Source of the DNA: Acidobacteriota bacterium
GTDB lineage: Bacteria; Actinomycetota; Acidimicrobiia; Spongiisociales; UBA11373
Assembly: GCA_022571885.1 (NCBI GenBank)
Contig: JACZWZ010000001.1
Coordinates: 156 to 64,155, forward strand
Direction of reading: 5' to 3'
Length of the DNA: 64,000 bases
In this document: in pieces, positions 60,101-64,000 of the stretch
How the letters are laid out: every line of letters begins with the position of its first letter
Numbering within the stretch: the first letter of the stretch is position 1
Made by a program: the position numbers and the translations under genes
The notes under the pieces: generated by a model
What the model was told of the DNA's origin: nothing
The model's input: the letters and a program-made list of their open reading frames with translations, nothing else
Databases searched by the model: none

Positions 60101-60551
60101 GGAGTTAGGTATTAGGAATTAGGCGTTAGGTGCCGGACCGCCAATGCTTGATCAGTGAACGCAACATCCTCTTGACCTCACCGATGTAACCAAGTGTGAC
60201 GTCGATCGGATCCTTGGTGTGACCCAGTCGGGCGGCAAGATCCAGCTGATATTCCAACTCGCTCGCCGATCCAGCCGCGATCGAAAGCAGCCGAGCAGCA
60301 TCCGGATCCGTGCTGCGTCCGGCCGCTTCTGCGATATTCGAAGCTACAGACACGGCAGCTCTCCTCATTTGAGCGACCAGCCCGAACCGTTCGTCAACGG
60401 GAAACTCGCCGGTGATCCGATAGATATCTAGGACCACCTCATCGGCCCGCTGCCACACCGTCAGTGACCGATAGTCGCGCATGACTCAACCGGTACACCG
60501 AAAGTCCAAGCGAAACAAGCCCCCTGCTAGTCCTACCTAATCCCTAATCCC
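60101..60551. mobile_element. TTAGG inverted-repeat cassette (left ggagttaggtattaggaattaggcgttagg; right ctagtcctacctaatccctaatccct) enclosing the four-helix-bundle gene
   Basis: Read directly; the cargo gene's TAA stop (60126-60128, minus strand) lies inside the left TTAGG unit; the right arm abuts the trpS stop. Confidence 0.6.
60126..60482 (-). CDS. four-helix-bundle protein (TIGR02436 / 23S rRNA intervening-sequence protein family, Avd-like fold)
   Basis: MRDYRSLTVWQRADEVVLDIYRITGEFPVDERFGLVAQMRRAAVSVASNIAEAAGR...ASELEYQLDLAARLGH matches the family consensus (KVWQKA...LxxQLRRAAxSIxxNIAEG...GSxxElEyhL). Confidence 0.85.
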   Translation of the reverse strand: MRDYRSLTVWQRADEVVLDIYRITGEFPVDERFGLVAQMRRAAVSVASNIAEAAGRSTDPDAARLLSIAAGSASELEYQLDLAARLGHTKDPIDVTLGYIGEVKRMLRSLIKHWRSGT

Positions 60552-60557
60552 TGAAGC

Positions 60558-61547
60558 TCAGCCTGCCAGCCCGACCCTCTTTCTGACCGCCTGCTGAAAC
60601 CCCTCTGCCCGCGTCCGGGCATCGAGAGCGCCTCGCTGCATCAGCCGGGCTACCTCGGCATCGTCCAGCTCCTTGTAGTTGCTCCGAAGCGGCGCCAATC
60701 CGGCGATCACAGCCTCGGCTACCGCTTCCTTGAAATTTCCGTATCCTCCACCGCCGAATTCGGCTTCGATCGACTCGACCGAAGCCCCGGTGAACAACGA
60801 CATGATCTCGATCAGATTCGATACGCCCGGCTTCTCCGCGCGGTCGTAGCGGACCTCGGTTTCCGAGTCGGTGACGGCGCCCTTGAGCCGCTGCCTGATG
60901 GTGTCGGGATCGTCGAGGATCAGGATTCGGCTGCTCTCGTCCGGCTCGAATTTCGACATCTTGGCGGTCGGGTCCTGCAGCGACATCACCCGGGCGCCCT
61001 TGTCGGGGATGATCGGTTCCGGCATCGGAAACTCATCGCCGAAGCGATGATTGAATCGCTCAACCAGGTCTCTGGTGAGTTCCAGATGCTGCTTCTGGTC
61101 CTCACCGACGGGAACCGCGTCGGCCCTGAACAGGAGAATGTCGGCGGCCATCAGCACCGGATACGAATACAGACCGAGGTTCGATCCCGCCCTATCCGCC
61201 TTGTCTTTGAACTGAGTCATGCGATTCAACTGCCCGGTACTGGTGATCGTCCCGAGGATCCATGCCAATTCGGTGTGTTGCGGTACCTGGCTCTGGTAGT
61301 AGAAGAGTGACCGCTCCGGATCGACACCGGCGGCGATGAGAACCTTGGCCGCCTCGAGACGATCTGTGTTGAATTCGACCGGGTCGAGCGGAACGGTGAT
61401 CGCGTGAAGGTCGACGACGCAGTAGATGCAGTCGTACTCCTCCTGGAGCTTCACCCAGTTCCGCAGGGCGCCCAGGTAATTGCCGATATGAAGGTTGCCC
61501 GAGGGCTGCAGCCCCGAGAAGACGGTCTTGCGTGTCATGGGAGCCAC
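60558..61547 (-). CDS. trpS: tryptophan--tRNA ligase
   Basis: FSGLQPSGNLHIGNYLGAL (HIGH), KMSKFEPDESS (KMSKS). Confidence 0.9.
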   Translation of the reverse strand: MAPMTRKTVFSGLQPSGNLHIGNYLGALRNWVKLQEEYDCIYCVVDLHAITVPLDPVEFNTDRLEAAKVLIAAGVDPERSLFYYQSQVPQHTELAWILGTITSTGQLNRMTQFKDKADRAGSNLGLYSYPVLMAADILLFRADAVPVGEDQKQHLELTRDLVERFNHRFGDEFPMPEPIIPDKGARVMSLQDPTAKMSKFEPDESSRILILDDPDTIRQRLKGAVTDSETEVRYDRAEKPGVSNLIEIMSLFTGASVESIEAEFGGGGYGNFKEAVAEAVIAGLAPLRSNYKELDDAEVARLMQRGALDARTRAEGFQQAVRKRVGLAG

Positions 61548-61549
61548 AA

Positions 61550-61665
61550 GTTAGTCACCAATCAACCAGTCACCAGTCAGACAGCAGATAGCAGACAACA
61601 GACAAGAGACAACAGACAGGTTCTCCAATCTGCAATCTGCAATCTGCACCCAGCACCCAGCACGC
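61550..61665. repeat. mixed heptamer tandem arrays ((CCAGTCA)x2, (CAGACAA)-like x5, (CAATCTG)x3, (CCCAGCA)x2)
   Basis: gtcaccagtcaccagtcagacagcagatagcagacaacagacaagagacaacagacagg...caatctgcaatctgcaatctgcacccagcacccagcac read directly. Confidence 0.8.
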
Positions 61666-61679
61666 TTACGCTCACGGCC

Positions 61680-62765
61680 ATGGACGAGACCCGCGCTGCT
61701 ATCCACGATCTGGGGCTCATCGGAATGGCATCGCAACATCTGACGAGCGAAATCGCCATGCACCTTCCCTTCGAGGAACTGGCGCCGTTCAAGGATGCCC
61801 TCAAAGTGTTCTTCTCTCATGCCAAGTGGACACCGGCCGACGAAGCCCGGCTATCCAAGCTCGTCACCGCCCACGTCTCAGAAGGAATGTGGGAGCACGA
61901 CCTGGGTGAGGGAATCACCCTCACCCACGGCATCGTCGACGGCACCTATCTCCTGCGGGTCGAAGGAGGGGCCAAGCCGGTCGAGTCCATCTTCGATCGC
62001 ATCTTCGAAGGACCGGTGACACCCGAATCGACCCCTCATCCGAGGAAAGTGAAGTTCCAGACCGGAGGCGAGCCCGCTCCCGGTGTGTGGCATCGACGCG
62101 GGGAGACGATAGATGACGAACGAGTCGCCTCGCTGTTCACCGATGAGGACATCACAGACGTGATGGTCGCCGGCGACTTCGTGACCGTCGGACTTGCCTC
62201 CCGCTCAACCTGGGAGGAGCGGCTCGACGCCGTGCTGGAGCAAGTCACCGAGCTGTTCTGGGACGGGCAGGGGTCACACCGCCCGGTGCGTACCCGAGAC
62301 GAACTGCTGGAAGAGGCAGGAAGGCTGAGCGTCAAGGAGGTGCGCGCCGAAGACCTTCATCTGATGGATCCCGACCGACCGGAACATCGGGCCCTCCTCA
62401 TCGCCGCGCTCGGAGCCGACGACCCTCGCCATCGGCGTGCCGCGGTAGCGACGCTGGCACTTGCAGGCGACGCCGAGGTGGCGATGGCAGCGGTGATAAC
62501 CGGCTATCGCGAAGAGTCACGGATCGTCAGACGGACGGCCATCGATGCCGCCGGCGACCTCGAGAGCGAGGCATACCGCCCACTGTTCGAGGAGGCAATC
62601 TTCGACGGTGATGCCTGGATCCGGTGGCGAGCCGTACGAGCAATCTCCGATATCGGCATCGGTCCCAGCGAGGAACAAGTCGTGCTGGCGACTGCCGACG
62701 AGGACTTTCAGGTGCGATTCGAAGCCAACGCCGTATGGCAGCGCCACGAGGCAAAAGACACCTGA
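61680..62765 (+). CDS. Nfu/NifU N-terminal-like scaffold domain + C-terminal HEAT (PBS-lyase type) repeats protein
   Basis: From MDETRAAIHDL: central KFQTGGEP...DITDVMVAGDFVTVGL resembles Nfu_N; C-terminus has repeated DPRHRRAAVATLALAGD / DAWIRWRAVRAISDIG HEAT-like units. The 92-aa upstream extension runs antisense over the trpS 5' end and the repeat array and is rejected. Confidence 0.5.
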   Translation: MDETRAAIHDLGLIGMASQHLTSEIAMHLPFEELAPFKDALKVFFSHAKWTPADEARLSKLVTAHVSEGMWEHDLGEGITLTHGIVDGTYLLRVEGGAKPVESIFDRIFEGPVTPESTPHPRKVKFQTGGEPAPGVWHRRGETIDDERVASLFTDEDITDVMVAGDFVTVGLASRSTWEERLDAVLEQVTELFWDGQGSHRPVRTRDELLEEAGRLSVKEVRAEDLHLMDPDRPEHRALLIAALGADDPRHRRAAVATLALAGDAEVAMAAVITGYREESRIVRRTAIDAAGDLESEAYRPLFEEAIFDGDAWIRWRAVRAISDIGIGPSEEQVVLATADEDFQVRFEANAVWQRHEAKDT

Positions 62766-62989
62766 GAGCAGGGTGCTCCCAACGACGTTTACGCTCGGCT
62801 GACTGCCGACACCACTCCGAGCCAATCAACCCCGCACCGACAAGAGCGGCTCCGACTCCAAGCCGAGCCCTGGTGGTTTGTGAGCCACGCCATCTCCACC
62901 CCAACCTCGATCCGCTGCCGGCCACGCCTTTCGATTCCTAATCGGCCTCGACAGCCTCCTGATGATGGACGACCCCTACGGGGTGGACT

Positions 62990-63697
62990 GTGTTCCGCGT
63001 ACCATCCCCTGCCATGCCGGTCGGAGTCATCGCCAACATCGCAACTGTGCTCGTGGGGACGACGATCGGCGCTGTTTCCGGTACCCGGTTTCCGGAGCGG
63101 ATCAGGGAAACGGTCATGGGCTCGCTCGGTCTCCTGACCGCCGCGGTGGGAGTCCGCCAGATCCTGCCCAGCAGCGAGTTCCCGCTGGTGCTCGGTGCGG
63201 TCCTGATCGGAGCCGTGATCGGAGAGCTACTTCGAATCGAAGGCGGACTCAAAGCCCTCGGCGAGCGTCTGCAGCGTCGCTTTGCGGGCGAGGGCGGCGA
63301 CTCCCGCTTCGGTGAGGGTTTCATCGTTGCCTCACTCGTCTTTTGCATCGGTCCGCTCACCATCATCGGGTCGATCGAAGACGGGCTGGGAGATCCCGAA
63401 TTGTTGCTGGTGAAATCGGGACTCGACGGTTTCGCCTCGATCGCCTTCGCCGCCGTCTACGGATGGGGCGTCGGCCTGTCGATCATCGCCATCGCAGTGA
63501 TTCAAGGTGGGTTGGCTTTAGCCGCCGGGACCCTCGATGGAGTGCTGACCGATCCGATGCTCGACGCTCTCGGCGCGGCAGGCGGCGTCCTGCTGCTCGG
63601 GATCTCACTGCGACTGCTCGACCTCAAGCAGATCCGGGTAGCCAATCTGCTGCCGGCGGTGGTGCTCGCCCCTCTATTCGTGTGGTGGTGGGGCTGA
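62990..63697 (+). CDS. DUF554-family membrane protein (YqgA-like)
   Basis: Polytopic, Gly-rich TM helices (GVIANIATVLVGTTIGA..., GIGPLTIIGSIEDGL...); start may be the internal ATG at 63014. Confidence 0.55.
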   Translation: MFRVPSPAMPVGVIANIATVLVGTTIGAVSGTRFPERIRETVMGSLGLLTAAVGVRQILPSSEFPLVLGAVLIGAVIGELLRIEGGLKALGERLQRRFAGEGGDSRFGEGFIVASLVFCIGPLTIIGSIEDGLGDPELLLVKSGLDGFASIAFAAVYGWGVGLSIIAIAVIQGGLALAAGTLDGVLTDPMLDALGAAGGVLLLGISLRLLDLKQIRVANLLPAVVLAPLFVWWWG

Positions 63698-64000
63698 GGC
63701 TCCGCCCATCACCCGTGACCCACTCCGGCGCCTCCTCGAAGGTCTCTCGCGCCCGCTTCGACGGCGTAGGCGATCGACGTCACCATGAGTGCGGTGGGCG
63801 ACGGGCGCCGCCAGGACCGTGAACCGAGTACGCATGGGTGTGGCTCCATTGCCTGATGTGGAACCACACCAGGGAGTCGGTGGCTCGATCCCGCAACGGA
63901 GCCGTTTCGGCTGCCAGATCGAATCCAACCCGATCACCCGGCGAAAAAGGCGGGCAGCACCGCGTCGTTGCCGAGGGCGAACAACGCTCCGACGATCAGA

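Noticed and set aside
15457-61665. CRISPR array interpretation of the tandem repeats
   Set aside because: Units are 7 nt with no unique spacers of 25-40 nt and no cas genes; they are simple tandem or inverted heptamer arrays.
61404-61679. N-terminal 92 codons of the 453-aa ORF
   Set aside because: Runs through the heptamer repeat array and overlaps the trpS 5' end in antisense; the real start is taken at ATG 61680.

Overview
High-GC window with Actinomycetota-type gene content (inferred from gene content, not computed: WhiB, ECF sigma with zinc anti-sigma, DivIVA, a UPF0182 + PDZ/Lon-C pair resembling the M. tuberculosis Rv3193c-Rv3194c neighbourhood, three-subunit SdhCAB). Most of 19-64 kb is core metabolism and housekeeping: Liv-type ABC uptake operon with an acyl-CoA ligase, moaE, htrA, sigE-rseA, whiB, sdhCAB, mdh, icd, udk, sucCD, pcrA, guaA, guaB3-like, trpS. 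The accessory, more interesting part is 0-16 kb plus the intergenic DNA. (i) A tyrosine integrase with an HTH excisionase abuts the 3' end of an initiator-type tRNA-Met, with arm-type-like repeats upstream of xis. (ii) Two different Tad/Flp pilus loci flank that tRNA. The left one is an actinobacterial-type ssd-tadA operon that runs off the window. The right one is a complete flp-tadE-tadG-cpaB-cpaE-cpaF-tadB-tadC locus whose 56-aa Flp pilin is missing from the ORF track and whose TadB carries an N-terminal secreted VWA domain. (iii) Intergenic regions hold many heptanucleotide tandem-repeat arrays (TTAGG-, TACTGGC-, CAGTCTC-, CAATTCG-, GGGAAAC-type), often arranged as inverted arms that would form long hairpins. 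One such TTAGG inverted-repeat pair encloses a four-helix-bundle (23S-IVS/Avd-like) gene. (iv) A structured element of about 500 bp with perfect 14-bp terminal inverted repeats occurs twice (about 44.2 kb and 56.8 kb), with compensatory hairpin substitutions and no conserved ORF. (v) An orphan CheA-CheY hybrid kinase has no chemotaxis partners nearby. All calls come from reading the sequence and translations; no database searches were run.
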